From positions 33,778 to 97,777 of the IMG/VR virus record IMGVR_UViG_3300020160_000328: a stretch of DNA of 64,000 bases. One strand, written 5' to 3'. How positions within the stretch are numbered: the first letter of the stretch is position 1; each line of letters opens with the position of its first letter. A program made the translations under genes and the position numbers. This DNA comes from a virus. Shown one piece after another: positions 10,721 through 20,460 of the stretch. The notes beneath the pieces are model-generated. The model did no database searches. It saw nothing but the letters and a program-made list of their open reading frames with translations, and had not been told where the DNA came from.

Positions 10721-12943
10721 TTATCTTCTTTTATTAAAATTATCTAACATTTTCATCATACTTTCTATAGCTTTATTACCTTTACTTGATACATATTCTT
10801 TTCCTAACTCATCTTCTTGTACTTGGAACATACACATCATAAATGCCATAACCCTATCAAAGTTACCTTTTCTATTATACTGTATCAGCTCTTCTAATAA
10901 ACCAATAGAGTAAATTGTTTCTAAATTTAGAATAGGATTACCATGTTCATCATAATCTCTAACTTCTAACAACCAATCTTTTATATACTTTTCTCCTGCA
11001 TCTTTTAATTGGTCTACCATGTGTATACCATATATCCTTGCTACAGTAGAGTTCTTTACATTTTTAGAAATAACAGCATCAGGTTGTACAGCTAATTGAT
11101 TTAATCTCTTTATTCTTCTAAAGTAATTCTTAACATGTGTTACCTCATTCTCGTGCATTATCTCAGCATTGTATAATTCAGCTAACATAGAACCTATTCT
11201 ATTTACATCATCTGCTTCTTGAGGTCTACCCACATACTCAGCTACTATTTTGTTATTAGTAAATGAACCTTTATGTGTAGTCTTATAAACATAAATTGCA
11301 GCAAGTGAAACACCTGAAGATAAATCTTGTCTATAAGGGTCATACCCAATCTTATACAAACCTTTAGGAGGTAAATCTACTGGATACTCATAAATTAAAG
11401 GACATCCACTTAAGTCAGTTACTTTAGGTTTATAATCTAAAATAGGAGTTAACTTATTATTCAAATCTGGTTTAGCTATTACTTTACCTTCTTGTCTTTC
11501 TAATGTTACAGGTGTACCTTTCTTTAACTGTAGTTTCTCATGCTTTATTTTATTTAATTGATTTCTTAATTCTATTACTGGGAAGTTATTGGAACTTACA
11601 GTTAAGAATGCTTCAGCAGGTCCAAATGGAAACTCCTGTACATGTTTCTGTAATTCCATAGAAGAGGATGCTTTTTCAAGTATCTCTTTTCTTCTTTCCA
11701 TTTCATATTCTGTAGCTCCTTCAATATCTGAGTTACCTTGAGCATCATAGAATCCTTCCATATTCCATGTTACAGGGTGAAAGAATCCACATACTGTATT
11801 CTCTGCACCTTCATCCCATATATTCATAAAAGGCATTAATCTATAAGCTTCAGGACTATAGAACATATCAGCATAATCTACTGTACCAGACTCCATATCT
11901 CCACCTGTTCCAAATATAATAATTTGTCCAGTGATATATGAACCTCCTGTTAAGGCAGGGTAAATAGCATTGTATGCTTCTTTTAAATTAGGAAAAGCTC
12001 CAGCTTCTTCTAGTAATACAATTTTACCATCTTTACCCCTAGCAGCATCAGGATTATCTCTAAATGATAGAGCCATTACTTCAGACTTGTAACCTTTAAT
12101 AATCTTTACTCCATTTACTACTTCTTCATATCCTGACTTCTTGTGATCTTGTTTATCTACAAGCATAGATTTAGACCAACCTGTATGTTGATTTAAGTAA
12201 TTCAGATAATCTGAAGTCATACCCATAGTTCCTTTAGGATATAAGAACTTCTTCTCAAAAGCTCCTATAATAATCTGTGCATCCCTAACAGTGTTATATA
12301 TATTTGCACATATAGCTCCATCTTTATAAGAATACCCTTTCCTTCTAGATTTACCTACAATCATATGATAACCACCACTTACATAATCTAAATGTGGTTT
12401 TACTTTTAATGCTAGTCTATTAAGAACTTTTTGAGATACTTTATCTCTAGCTTCTTTTAATGTATAATAATCTGTAGACTTTTTATAGTCTGAACCAAGT
12501 TCTTTTTTTAAGTTTTTAAGTTGTCTTTGATAACTTCTATATTCTAATTTCTCTTCATCTGTAGAAGGTACTTGAGAACTCTTAGTAAATAAACCATTCT
12601 TAGCTATTTCTAAACTCCAAAAGTAATCATAATCTCCATCCCAAAAGTCAGGGTTTCTAGTTTCTTTTGTAGCTACTACTGAATCCTCATCTTCTTCATC
12701 TTCAACAACTATTTGTATTTGAGTAAAGTTTAAATAAAAGTAATGGTTTCCTGTTATCTTATGTCCTCCAACTTCATATCCTACAATACATCTTTTAAGT
12801 TGTTCTTCCCAATAAGCATACCAATCAGGAGTACCTGTAGGAGAAGAACAATAAGAACCATTCTTTTGGAACCTTATAGCTTCTTCTCTAAATACTGCTG
12901 AGTTTAACCACTTACCATTATTATCTCTAATCTCTAATGACAT
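10721..12943 (-). CDS. terL: Terminase large subunit
   Basis: Walker A-like KSRRKGYSY, Walker B LLEEAG, coupling motif GTGG, RNase H-like nuclease GYDPY ... NFDRV. Confidence 0.92.
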   Translation of the reverse strand: MSLEIRDNNGKWLNSAVFREEAIRFQKNGSYCSSPTGTPDWYAYWEEQLKRCIVGYEVGGHKITGNHYFYLNFTQIQIVVEDEEDEDSVVATKETRNPDFWDGDYDYFWSLEIAKNGLFTKSSQVPSTDEEKLEYRSYQRQLKNLKKELGSDYKKSTDYYTLKEARDKVSQKVLNRLALKVKPHLDYVSGGYHMIVGKSRRKGYSYKDGAICANIYNTVRDAQIIIGAFEKKFLYPKGTMGMTSDYLNYLNQHTGWSKSMLVDKQDHKKSGYEEVVNGVKIIKGYKSEVMALSFRDNPDAARGKDGKIVLLEEAGAFPNLKEAYNAIYPALTGGSYITGQIIIFGTGGDMESGTVDYADMFYSPEAYRLMPFMNIWDEGAENTVCGFFHPVTWNMEGFYDAQGNSDIEGATEYEMERRKEILEKASSSMELQKHVQEFPFGPAEAFLTVSSNNFPVIELRNQLNKIKHEKLQLKKGTPVTLERQEGKVIAKPDLNNKLTPILDYKPKVTDLSGCPLIYEYPVDLPPKGLYKIGYDPYRQDLSSGVSLAAIYVYKTTHKGSFTNNKIVAEYVGRPQEADDVNRIGSMLAELYNAEIMHENEVTHVKNYFRRIKRLNQLAVQPDAVISKNVKNSTVARIYGIHMVDQLKDAGEKYIKDWLLEVRDYDEHGNPILNLETIYSIGLLEELIQYNRKGNFDRVMAFMMCMFQVQEDELGKEYVSSKGNKAIESMMKMLDNFNKRR

Positions 12944-13181
12944 AAAACATACTAGATTCCAAATCTCTTAAATAAAGAAATTCTCTGTTATCAATTGTTA
13001 TAGGTTCTGTAAAGGATTCTCTAAATACTACTTTACAACCTTTTAAATCTGTATGCACTTCTCCTGCATACACTATAATACCTGTATTAGGTTTCTTATC
13101 TTCAACACCTAAAATCAAAGATTTAGTTGCTGGAATATCTCTCTCAATTATTACTGAATGTTTTGGTAATTCTATATTCAT
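12927..13181 (-). CDS. GroES-like co-chaperonin
   Basis: 84 aa; VIIER...KPNTGIIVYAG...GCKVVF...EFLYLRD pattern of the Cpn10 fold. Confidence 0.55.
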   Translation of the reverse strand: MNIELPKHSVIIERDIPATKSLILGVEDKKPNTGIIVYAGEVHTDLKGCKVVFRESFTEPITIDNREFLYLRDLESSMFYVIRD

Positions 13182-13199
13182 TATTTACTTATTAAGAAA

Positions 13200-13209
13200 T
13201 GCAAAGATA
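13200..13209 (-). promoter_or_regulatory. Bacteroidota -7 element TATCTTTGCA
   Basis: TAnnTTTG match upstream of the GroES-like/terL genes. Confidence 0.6.
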
Positions 13210-13213
13210 CACT

Positions 13214-13768
13214 TTACATTTCAAATGGGTTAATTACTTTGTTACTTTTTGTTTTAGTTTGTTCAAACAATTCCTGTTCTACTTTATCTTTCATACTATT
13301 TAAGTTCTGTAAAACTTTATCAGTATCTGTCATAGCAGAGGTAATATCTCTAGGTTTATAAATAGGTAAACCTGTTCTTTCACTTCTTTCTGTAATATCA
13401 AATGTATTAAAGAAGTTTTTCATCTTCTCTGCTGCTTGTAATACTGATGTATAGTAAGAATAAGTAGGTGAAGCTTCTTTATGAAATTCACTCATCTTAA
13501 TTAAACCTTGCTCTAATAATGTATCAGGTTGCCACTCACTATCAAAGTATATTTGTTGCAGTTTCTCAAATCTTATTTCATCAGAATATCCTGCATAAGG
13601 ATTACTCTTTTTCTTTGAAGACATTAACTCTATAAAAGTAAACTCCTTTATAGCTCTAGATTTATCTGATGTTGTATCTCTCTCCCATATCTCCTTGAAG
13701 GGAGATATGAGTAGAGTTTCTACATTTGGTTTTGCTACTGCATTTTCTACTACAAATAAAAATGCCAT
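13214..13768 (-). CDS. Conserved crAss-like protein upstream of terL
   Basis: Position and motifs (IWERD..DKSRA.KE, G.PIYKP.DI). Confidence 0.5.
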   Translation of the reverse strand: MAFLFVVENAVAKPNVETLLISPFKEIWERDTTSDKSRAIKEFTFIELMSSKKKSNPYAGYSDEIRFEKLQQIYFDSEWQPDTLLEQGLIKMSEFHKEASPTYSYYTSVLQAAEKMKNFFNTFDITERSERTGLPIYKPRDITSAMTDTDKVLQNLNSMKDKVEQELFEQTKTKSNKVINPFEM

Positions 13769-13769
13769 A

Positions 13770-14141
13770 TTATAGTTCTGGGTTTGTTAAAGCTTTAACT
13801 ACAAAATAAGTTGATTTCTCTACTTCTGTTTGTGCTAATGAGACTTCTCTAAAGAAGTCTGCTGATATAGCTTTAAATGATTGTTCATCCATTTCATAGA
13901 ACTTATATGCAAAATCATTTTTCTTAGCTTCTAAATAATCTATAAGATTAGCAGCTCCTTCTTTTACTTTATATACTTCTGATTCATCTTCAGAGTTATA
14001 AGTAATTCTCATTCTTCTCTCTCCTAAAGTAGGTTTATATACTTCAGTTTCTACTACTTCATTTTCTTTTTGTTCTTGAAGTTTAGCTAGCATCATTAAG
14101 AATGCTATAGCTTTCATTTTTTCTTCTACTTGTGTGTTCAT
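13770..14141 (-). CDS. Acb2/Tad1-like helical hairpin protein (candidate signal sponge)
   Basis: TLGERRMRITYN ... REVSLAQTEVEKSTYFVVKALT resembles the Acb2/Tad1 R..SLA.T..E.A.MWAVKA pattern. Confidence 0.5.
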   Translation of the reverse strand: MNTQVEEKMKAIAFLMMLAKLQEQKENEVVETEVYKPTLGERRMRITYNSEDESEVYKVKEGAANLIDYLEAKKNDFAYKFYEMDEQSFKAISADFFREVSLAQTEVEKSTYFVVKALTNPEL

Positions 14142-14143
14142 AA

Positions 14144-14626
14144 TTATAAATTTATAAAATTAGTTCCTGTTATAAAATCTTTGTTTTTGTGTTTTGTTTT
14201 TATTTGTTGTAGTGTTAAACCTTTTGTTTTCTCAAAGTGTGGCATATCTTTAAATGTTCTCCAATCTCCACCCCATGAATATCCTGCTTTCTTAAATACC
14301 TGTACTACTTCCATCCAATCAGATTGTTGATCTTTATCCCAATCTTTCTTAGTATCCCATGAAGCTTCTTTACCATTTATAATTAACACAATGTCTATAG
14401 CTAATCCATAATTATGAATACTATCTCCACCTTTAGCATTAGTTACTTTAGGTACTTGTTTAAACAAAGCATCCTGTTCTGCAAAGGTTCTTAAACCTTG
14501 AGCAATTCTTACTTTAGAATTTCCTGTTAGTACAGTACTATTAATATTATCTACTAATTTAGTTACTTCATTTTTTATTAAAGGATGAAGCTTTCCTATT
14601 TTTTCTTGTGATGCTTTATCTACCAT
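14144..14626 (-). CDS. Endolysin, peptidase M15 family (L-Ala-D-Glu type)
   Basis: R..AEQ, S.HNYGLAID and WGGDW..FKDMPHFE zinc-peptidase motifs. Confidence 0.9.
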   Translation of the reverse strand: MVDKASQEKIGKLHPLIKNEVTKLVDNINSTVLTGNSKVRIAQGLRTFAEQDALFKQVPKVTNAKGGDSIHNYGLAIDIVLIINGKEASWDTKKDWDKDQQSDWMEVVQVFKKAGYSWGGDWRTFKDMPHFEKTKGLTLQQIKTKHKNKDFITGTNFINL

Positions 14627-14928
14627 TACTTTGTTACTTTAGCTGTAAAACTTAATATTTCTTGACTGCTATCTTTATATGTTATAGTTATAACTTTTCT
14701 TATATCCTGCCAACCAGGATTATGTATTAAATGTTTAGGTATACTTTGTGCATGATACTCTACAACAAGTTTAGTATCATCATAAGTTTTAACTGTAGTA
14801 CATGAACCACAGTTAGGTGTAATACTAAATACATCTTCTATCTTTAGTTCATTAAGATAATATATTAATGTATGTCTAGTATTTTCTTTTATGGTCCCTA
14901 AATTTATGTAGTAATCTTTCCATTTCAT
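14626..14928 (-). CDS. Ig-like (DUF1573-like) protein
   Basis: ITPNCGSCTT motif, K.ITITY.. Confidence 0.45.
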   Translation of the reverse strand: MKWKDYYINLGTIKENTRHTLIYYLNELKIEDVFSITPNCGSCTTVKTYDDTKLVVEYHAQSIPKHLIHNPGWQDIRKVITITYKDSSQEILSFTAKVTK

Positions 14929-15284
14929 TTTCCTAATACTTTAAAGATTAGTTTATCTTTATTTAGATTCCAAATAATATTGTTCTTTTTATCAAACCAC
15001 ATACCACCTAATTTTAACCATTTCCAATTAGATTTATTCTGCATTACAGGATAGCAAGGCTTATCACATTCCTTATTACTCATTTGTAATGCTGTAGTAT
15101 TACAACCACACAATTTACATTGACCTGTAGTGTAACAATCTAAATCCATAGAGTTTATTCTATATTGTATTTGTTCTCTAATATGTTTAGGTATTAAGAA
15201 ACTAAATTTAGAATAATATAATTGGTATCTTATATTTCCTTGTATATAAGCTTTTATGTTTTTTAAATTAATTTGTGCTTTCAT
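14925..15284 (-). CDS. Hypothetical Cys-rich protein
   Basis: C..TGQCKLCGC...C..PC putative metal-binding motif. Confidence 0.5.
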   Translation of the reverse strand: MKAQINLKNIKAYIQGNIRYQLYYSKFSFLIPKHIREQIQYRINSMDLDCYTTGQCKLCGCNTTALQMSNKECDKPCYPVMQNKSNWKWLKLGGMWFDKKNNIIWNLNKDKLIFKVLGK

Positions 15285-15567
15285 AACTATCTAATACTTT
15301 AAGTCTTTCTAAATATCTTCTTTCTGATATTAAACCATTCTTGTAATTTTCTTCAATTACACTTCTACTATATTTGATTCTACTTTTAGATACCTCAAAT
15401 ACACCAAAATATTGTAATCTAATATCTCTTAGTATACCACTTGTAAATGCTTTTCTAACCATCTTAAAAGGACTAGAGCATATTAATCTAAATTCTTCTA
15501 TATCTATAGAATCATTAAACTCACTTAGTTCATAGTATTCTTCTATTGTAGTTAGAGTTGATTCCAT
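15268..15567 (-). CDS. IHF/HU-like protein
   Basis: IRLQYFGVFEV motif; crAss-like phages carry an IHF-like gene in this module. Confidence 0.5.
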   Translation of the reverse strand: MESTLTTIEEYYELSEFNDSIDIEEFRLICSSPFKMVRKAFTSGILRDIRLQYFGVFEVSKSRIKYSRSVIEENYKNGLISERRYLERLKVLDSYESTN

Positions 15568-15962
15568 TAGTATATCAATTTACTATTATTCTGATTCTTT
15601 CTTATTTCTGTTTGTGCCATATCATAGATATTAATATCTGTAGGTGTAGCAACTTCTTCTTGAACCTTCTCTTCAGCTCTAGCTTTTAGAGCTACTTGTC
15701 TTAAAGCATCTATATTTTCTATTTCAGTCATAAACTTACTTAGGAAAATCTCTAGTTGTGAGAGTGTAATTCTAAAGAGTAAAGACTCCCAATTGATATC
15801 TACCTCTTCTATACCTTTAGATTCATCTGTAAACTTATAGAATAAATCTTTTCTTTCTGTAGCATTAGCTTTTTCATATAAAGCTTTAGGTCCAATTTCT
15901 TTGATATACTCTAGAATAAACATTCTAGTTATCAGGTTGGATGGGTGTTCTAGTTTAAACAT
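15567..15962 (-). CDS. Hypothetical protein
   Basis: ORF coupled to its neighbours. Confidence 0.5.
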   Translation of the reverse strand: MFKLEHPSNLITRMFILEYIKEIGPKALYEKANATERKDLFYKFTDESKGIEEVDINWESLLFRITLSQLEIFLSKFMTEIENIDALRQVALKARAEEKVQEEVATPTDINIYDMAQTEIRKNQNNSKLIY

Positions 15963-16164
15963 TTTCTTCTCTACTTAAATTATCTAATTGTCTTAAAAAG
16001 TCAGCCTGTGTTGTTGGTTGAGTTGTTGGTTGTAATCTTATAAACTTTATAGGTTTATCTTTTGTGTGTCTTGGCTCCTGAAGTAAATCTTCTACCTCTT
16101 TTAGATTAGGAGAGGTTGTGTTGGTAACCCATAGACCATTTGGTATTATAGATACATTATTCAT
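15955..16164 (-). CDS. Hypothetical protein
   Basis: Overlapping coupled ORF; QPTT duplication. Confidence 0.4.
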   Translation of the reverse strand: MNNVSIIPNGLWVTNTTSPNLKEVEDLLQEPRHTKDKPIKFIRLQPTTQPTTQADFLRQLDNLSREENV

Positions 16165-16507
16165 TTATCTCTAGTTTAAATTGATATCCTTGTACTTTCT
16201 CATTAGGTATAAGAATAGGTAAAATCTTTATGTTCTTCTCATCACCATAAATAAATTTCTTATTCTTTAATTGTTCTAAGTAGTTTCCTAAACCACCCGC
16301 AGAGATTCCTAATTTCTCTCTTACTATTTTTCTACCTGAAGTACCAAAAGGTTCTCTAGATATATCTCCTTGTAATGACATGAATGCAGCAAGTACTTCT
16401 GCTTCTTTAGGTGTCATTTGAATTGGAAGAATATGATTTATTAAAAGCAAGTGCTTTTTGTAATACTCTTCTCTGTTTAACTGTAATGCTTTTTTGATTA
16501 TTTCCAT
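16157..16507 (-). CDS. Winged-HTH protein
   Basis: MTPKEAEVL...VREKLGISAGGLGNYLEQLKNKKFI. Confidence 0.55.
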   Translation of the reverse strand: MEIIKKALQLNREEYYKKHLLLINHILPIQMTPKEAEVLAAFMSLQGDISREPFGTSGRKIVREKLGISAGGLGNYLEQLKNKKFIYGDEKNIKILPILIPNEKVQGYQFKLEINE

Positions 16508-16818
16508 TTCATAAATTGTCTTATTGCTTGACTAAACATATTATTGTTTACTTCAAATTGTTTATGGTCCATAACAAACATATAATTACCATCTACAGAT
16601 TCATCATGATATCTTGTGCAATTAATACAATGTATAATTTCCATAACTTCATGACAAATTATCATAAATACTGAGCCTGGGTCTCTATCTAAATGAAGAG
16701 TACCTATAGCTATACTTCTATCTTTAAAAGCAAAGCTTTCACCACCATGTTCTTTATGGTAAGTAACTGTAAATGTCATATGACCTATTTCTACTTTCTT
16801 TGGTAACTTTAATTCCAT
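16498..16818 (-). CDS. Small metallopeptidase-like protein, probably leaderless
   Basis: CHEVMEIIH motif; ATG directly follows TATCTTTGCA (16821-16830). Confidence 0.45.
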   Translation of the reverse strand: MELKLPKKVEIGHMTFTVTYHKEHGGESFAFKDRSIAIGTLHLDRDPGSVFMIICHEVMEIIHCINCTRYHDESVDGNYMFVMDHKQFEVNNNMFSQAIRQFMKWK

Positions 16819-16941
16819 GCTGCAAAGATAATACTTATTTTTAAACTGCAAAGAAAAATATTAAAAATATTTAATAAAAATATTAACTGTTCTTATAAAC
16901 TATATAAATGTAGTCTAATTGCTAAAATAATTTTTAAAACA

Positions 16942-16974
16942 CTTGCATCTTAAAAATAAAAGAACTAACTTTGC
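16942..16974 (+). promoter_or_regulatory. Bacteroidota sigma-A promoter (TTG ... TAACTTTG)
   Basis: cttgcatcttaaaaataaaagaactaactttgcg. Confidence 0.65.
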
Positions 16975-17087
16975 GTACTCAAGTTTGAGAAACAAACTTA
17001 GAAACTAGCTAGAGTTTCTGAGATAGGTGTGTTTATAAGAGAGGAAAGAACTCTTTGTTAGATATTGTTTTAGTTATAAGAATTGCT

Positions 17088-17121
17088 AACCTTTGTAGAA
17101 ATACAAAGGTTTTTTTGTTTT
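17088..17121 (+). terminator. Intrinsic terminator
   Basis: aacctttgta-gaaa-tacaaaggtt followed by a T run. Confidence 0.8.
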
Positions 17122-17200
17122 ATATAACTAGCCACCAAAATTTTTTAAAATAAAATTATTAGAAAGATTGTGTGTATGTGAATGTCCCTACACCAACCAC

Positions 17201-17697
17201 CCCCACTTATTTCAGAACCTAAATACCCCCACCTATGTTTAGTAACCTTAAATAAACTTCCCGTGAAAGATATTCTTACCTATTTATATGTTGTTGTGAT
17301 GTTCTTCCTGAGCTTGTTAGCTTGGTCTTCACAGTCTTGTCTGTTCTACACACTGTTGTGTGTGTGGTGTGCACCCTATGTGGTGTGGTACTGTGTCAAG
17401 CTTTACAAGGATATTGTGTTGTACTTTAATGTATGATATAATAACCCAATACGCACATATGAATACCCTCACTTATGTGGGATACAATTAACCTAATGTC
17501 TAATCCTTAACACTCTACATCATGCGTACATTCTATGTATTACCTAATGGAGTTATAGCTATCTCAAGAGAGACTGCTATTAACTACAAGAACTAACAGT
17601 ATGTCTAACATACAGTGATTTATACACAACACACATTGCTCATATGTGTGTTGTTATATTTTACATATTAACACACACTAAATACCCTCACTTATTT
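17201..17697 (+). repeat. Repeated motif AATACCC(T/C)CAC(T/C)TAT, candidate phage-RNAP early promoter
   Basis: Copies at about 17222, 17462 and 17681, partial copy at 17201; each full copy precedes an ORF. Confidence 0.6.
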
Positions 17698-17748
17698 TTG
17701 CGTGTAGTACGCAATTAAAATCATTTATAATCTTTAATTAATTACATT

Positions 17749-18174
17749 ATGTCAGTAAAAGTAGTAGCACACCCAGAAACAGGAGCAGTAATAACTCCTT
17801 CAGTTAAAAACCCATTGTGGGGAACATTTAGAGTAGATTCTGAAAATGTATCTATGGAGAATGGTATCTTCAACAAATCTAAAAGATCAGCCTTTATTAG
17901 AGGTAAAATTGAGGATTTGAATTTAGCAGGATTAACTGCGGGTAAAACTCTTCCAGGTAAGATTATCAAAAGAGAGAGCTTTGAGCCTTTCTATGAAGGT
18001 CAACCTGCAAAGATTAACCCTTCAAATGGAGAAACTGTATTAACTAATGGTATGGAAACTTACATTGAGTTTGTTTACACACAAGATGCTAATGCAACAG
18101 ACTATTGGGTAGACCAAGCACCTGCTGAAGTAAGTACTGAAGCAACTAATGCACTAGCAGAACAAACTGCATAG
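17749..18174 (+). CDS. Hypothetical early protein
   Basis: 141-aa ORF followed by a terminator. Confidence 0.6.
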   Translation: MSVKVVAHPETGAVITPSVKNPLWGTFRVDSENVSMENGIFNKSKRSAFIRGKIEDLNLAGLTAGKTLPGKIIKRESFEPFYEGQPAKINPSNGETVLTNGMETYIEFVYTQDANATDYWVDQAPAEVSTEATNALAEQTA

Positions 18175-18198
18175 TAATAGTATACAGTGCATAGCAAG

Positions 18199-18236
18199 AT
18201 AAAGAGAGTATTAACTTACTCTCTTTATTTTTTTTC
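18199..18236 (+). terminator. Intrinsic terminator
   Basis: aaagagagta...tactctcttt plus T run. Confidence 0.75.
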
Positions 18237-18709
18237 TTTGAGGTTTATTCAATACTGACAACAAGGCTAACAAATCTTATCCCAATAAGGCACTCATAGT
18301 GCATTCATAGGGATTTTGTTGGGTTTTAATTTAATTTTAAATGGTGTGTTGATAGGGAGGAGTCTTAATCCAACCTTATTTACATCAAATCAAATTTCAT
18401 CATTTCTACAATGATATAATAATATAGCTAAAACATAATCTTATATTCGTACTACAATGAAAAGCAAAAGAAAGTTCTTAAGAAACTATCCAAATATGTT
18501 GATAGTATTCTAATAACCCAATTAGATATCTTATTAGGAAATAGTGGTGATACTACCATTATACTACCTTTAGGTAGAATACTTGAACAATGTTCTAATG
18601 AAGATGAACCAGAAATATCTAAATTAGTAACTAAACTAATTAGATTACACTTTAAAAAGCATAATAACTAACAAATAGCCAAATCATATAATCTTTAATA
18701 ATCTATAAA

Positions 18710-18961
18710 ATGGGACAATTTATAACACCAGCAGAATTAAGACTAATATCTGCTAATTATTCAGGAGAGAAAGTAATATCAATGCTTAAATCAATACGCA
18801 AGGTTGCAATAATGCGTAAGATGAATTTAGCAAGACAAAATTCAGTATCTGAATTGAATAACTATTATTCAATTCATAAGTCATTAGATACAGTACAGTT
18901 TAAAATGCTGTATAGACTATGGTTTAACTTTGTATTAATGGATTACTCTGATGTAGAGTAA
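18710..18961 (+). CDS. Hypothetical protein
   Basis: ORF with A-rich translation start context. Confidence 0.5.
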   Translation: MGQFITPAELRLISANYSGEKVISMLKSIRKVAIMRKMNLARQNSVSELNNYYSIHKSLDTVQFKMLYRLWFNFVLMDYSDVE

Positions 18962-18993
18962 TCCAAATTGTGTAATATCTAATAAACATTCAA

Positions 18994-19359
18994 ATGAACA
19001 CACTTATATTCTTTATAGCATTACTATTCAGTGTTGCTACAGTATTTCAGATAATACAATTAATAGTTAATGAGAAAAATAGTATATTACCTACAGTATA
19101 TGCTTTTATAGCTTGTATACTATGGTCTGTGTTATATTATAACACAACAGTTAATACTACAGTGCCACCAAAACAAGTTAAAGATAACTCAATACATTTC
19201 GTATGGAATGATGATGAAGAGTCAATACCTAAAGATGGTTCATTAATTACATTAGAAATGACTGATGAAAATACAGTTTATATTGGTCCATATGACCCAA
19301 AAGCAAGTAAGAAGAATATAAGTTGCATAATCATTGAGCAACACACCAAACTTAAATAA
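18994..19359 (+). CDS. Membrane protein
   Basis: Two N-terminal hydrophobic segments. Confidence 0.55.
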   Translation: MNTLIFFIALLFSVATVFQIIQLIVNEKNSILPTVYAFIACILWSVLYYNTTVNTTVPPKQVKDNSIHFVWNDDEESIPKDGSLITLEMTDENTVYIGPYDPKASKKNISCIIIEQHTKLK

Positions 19360-19493
19360 CATTCCAAGTTGTTGAGGACAGCATAGTTTATTATATTCAG
19401 TATAATATAGAAGATAAACAACTCTTCTATATAGTACAAATATAAGTTTCTGCTGTAAAACACATAATCAATTAATAACCAAATAATAACACA

Positions 19494-19877
19494 ATGAAAA
19501 AACTTATTTATTTATTGTCTTTAGTAATGATAATTACTATGGCAAGTTGTACTGCTGATACAGAATCAGCTAGAATAGATGATACTACTACAAGTAATCC
19601 TAAAACATTATATGTAGAATGTAATAAAGTAGCAGATACTATTAAATTAGAAATCTTGAATAGCTCTAATCAAGTTATAGAAACACAAATTGGTTTAAAT
19701 ACATTTAATAAACTATTTACCATTGATAAAGGTGTTAAGTTTAATTTAAGATGTAGAGTTATAAATCAACACTTCGGGGGTAAATACATAATGTATAAAG
19801 ATTATGGTAATACAATAGTATTACAAGATTCTTATACTAGTTGGTATAACCTATTTGAAGCTAGTAGAGAATATTAA
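19494..19877 (+). CDS. Lipoprotein
   Basis: MKK-hydrophobic-ASC lipobox. Confidence 0.65.
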   Translation: MKKLIYLLSLVMIITMASCTADTESARIDDTTTSNPKTLYVECNKVADTIKLEILNSSNQVIETQIGLNTFNKLFTIDKGVKFNLRCRVINQHFGGKYIMYKDYGNTIVLQDSYTSWYNLFEASREY

Positions 19878-19893
19878 TATTAAATATAAACAC

Positions 19894-20238
19894 ATGTGTA
19901 AGATTGTAATTAACAAAAGTGCTGAAAATCTATTTGAAGCTATTGGTTTAGAAAGTTCAGAAGAAGCTATTAATGAATTTAACAATAAAGCTGCTGCTAT
20001 TTCTATGAAGATGGCAGACATTATGGTTGGAAAAGCAGAACCTGATAGTTATTCTAGAAATGAAGCTATTGATGATATTCAGAACAAATTCTCTCAAGGA
20101 GAGATATTGTTATTAGCTTTAACTTGTATTGAGCAGAGAACTGACAGTGCTCTACAAAGATTAGAGTTTGAACAAATGATGGCAGGTATGCAACAAGAAA
20201 TAGCAGAGGAAACTCCTGTTGAAGAAAGTGCAGAGTAA
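19894..20238 (+). CDS. Hypothetical acidic protein
   Basis: ORF; ATG at 19894. Confidence 0.5.
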   Translation: MCKIVINKSAENLFEAIGLESSEEAINEFNNKAAAISMKMADIMVGKAEPDSYSRNEAIDDIQNKFSQGEILLLALTCIEQRTDSALQRLEFEQMMAGMQQEIAEETPVEESAE

Positions 20239-20292
20239 TAAATGGGACTTAGGTCCCATTTTAAATTATGTTTAACAATTAATAATTAAATC

Positions 20293-20460
20293 ATGTATAG
20301 ATTTCACATATCATATAAAGACCTTGAGAAGAATGATAAATTCTTAAGAGGTGCTAATGTTATTCTTCAAGAAGATAATATTATAGAAGCATTGCGTACA
20401 TTTCAAAATGAGTATCATAACACAGAGATTCAAGGAGTCTTAAGATCAATTGTAGAGTAA
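20293..20460 (+). CDS. Small hypothetical protein (55 aa)
   Basis: MYRFHISYKDLE...; stop overlaps the ATG of the AAA+ gene. Confidence 0.5.
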   Translation: MYRFHISYKDLEKNDKFLRGANVILQEDNIIEALRTFQNEYHNTEIQGVLRSIVE

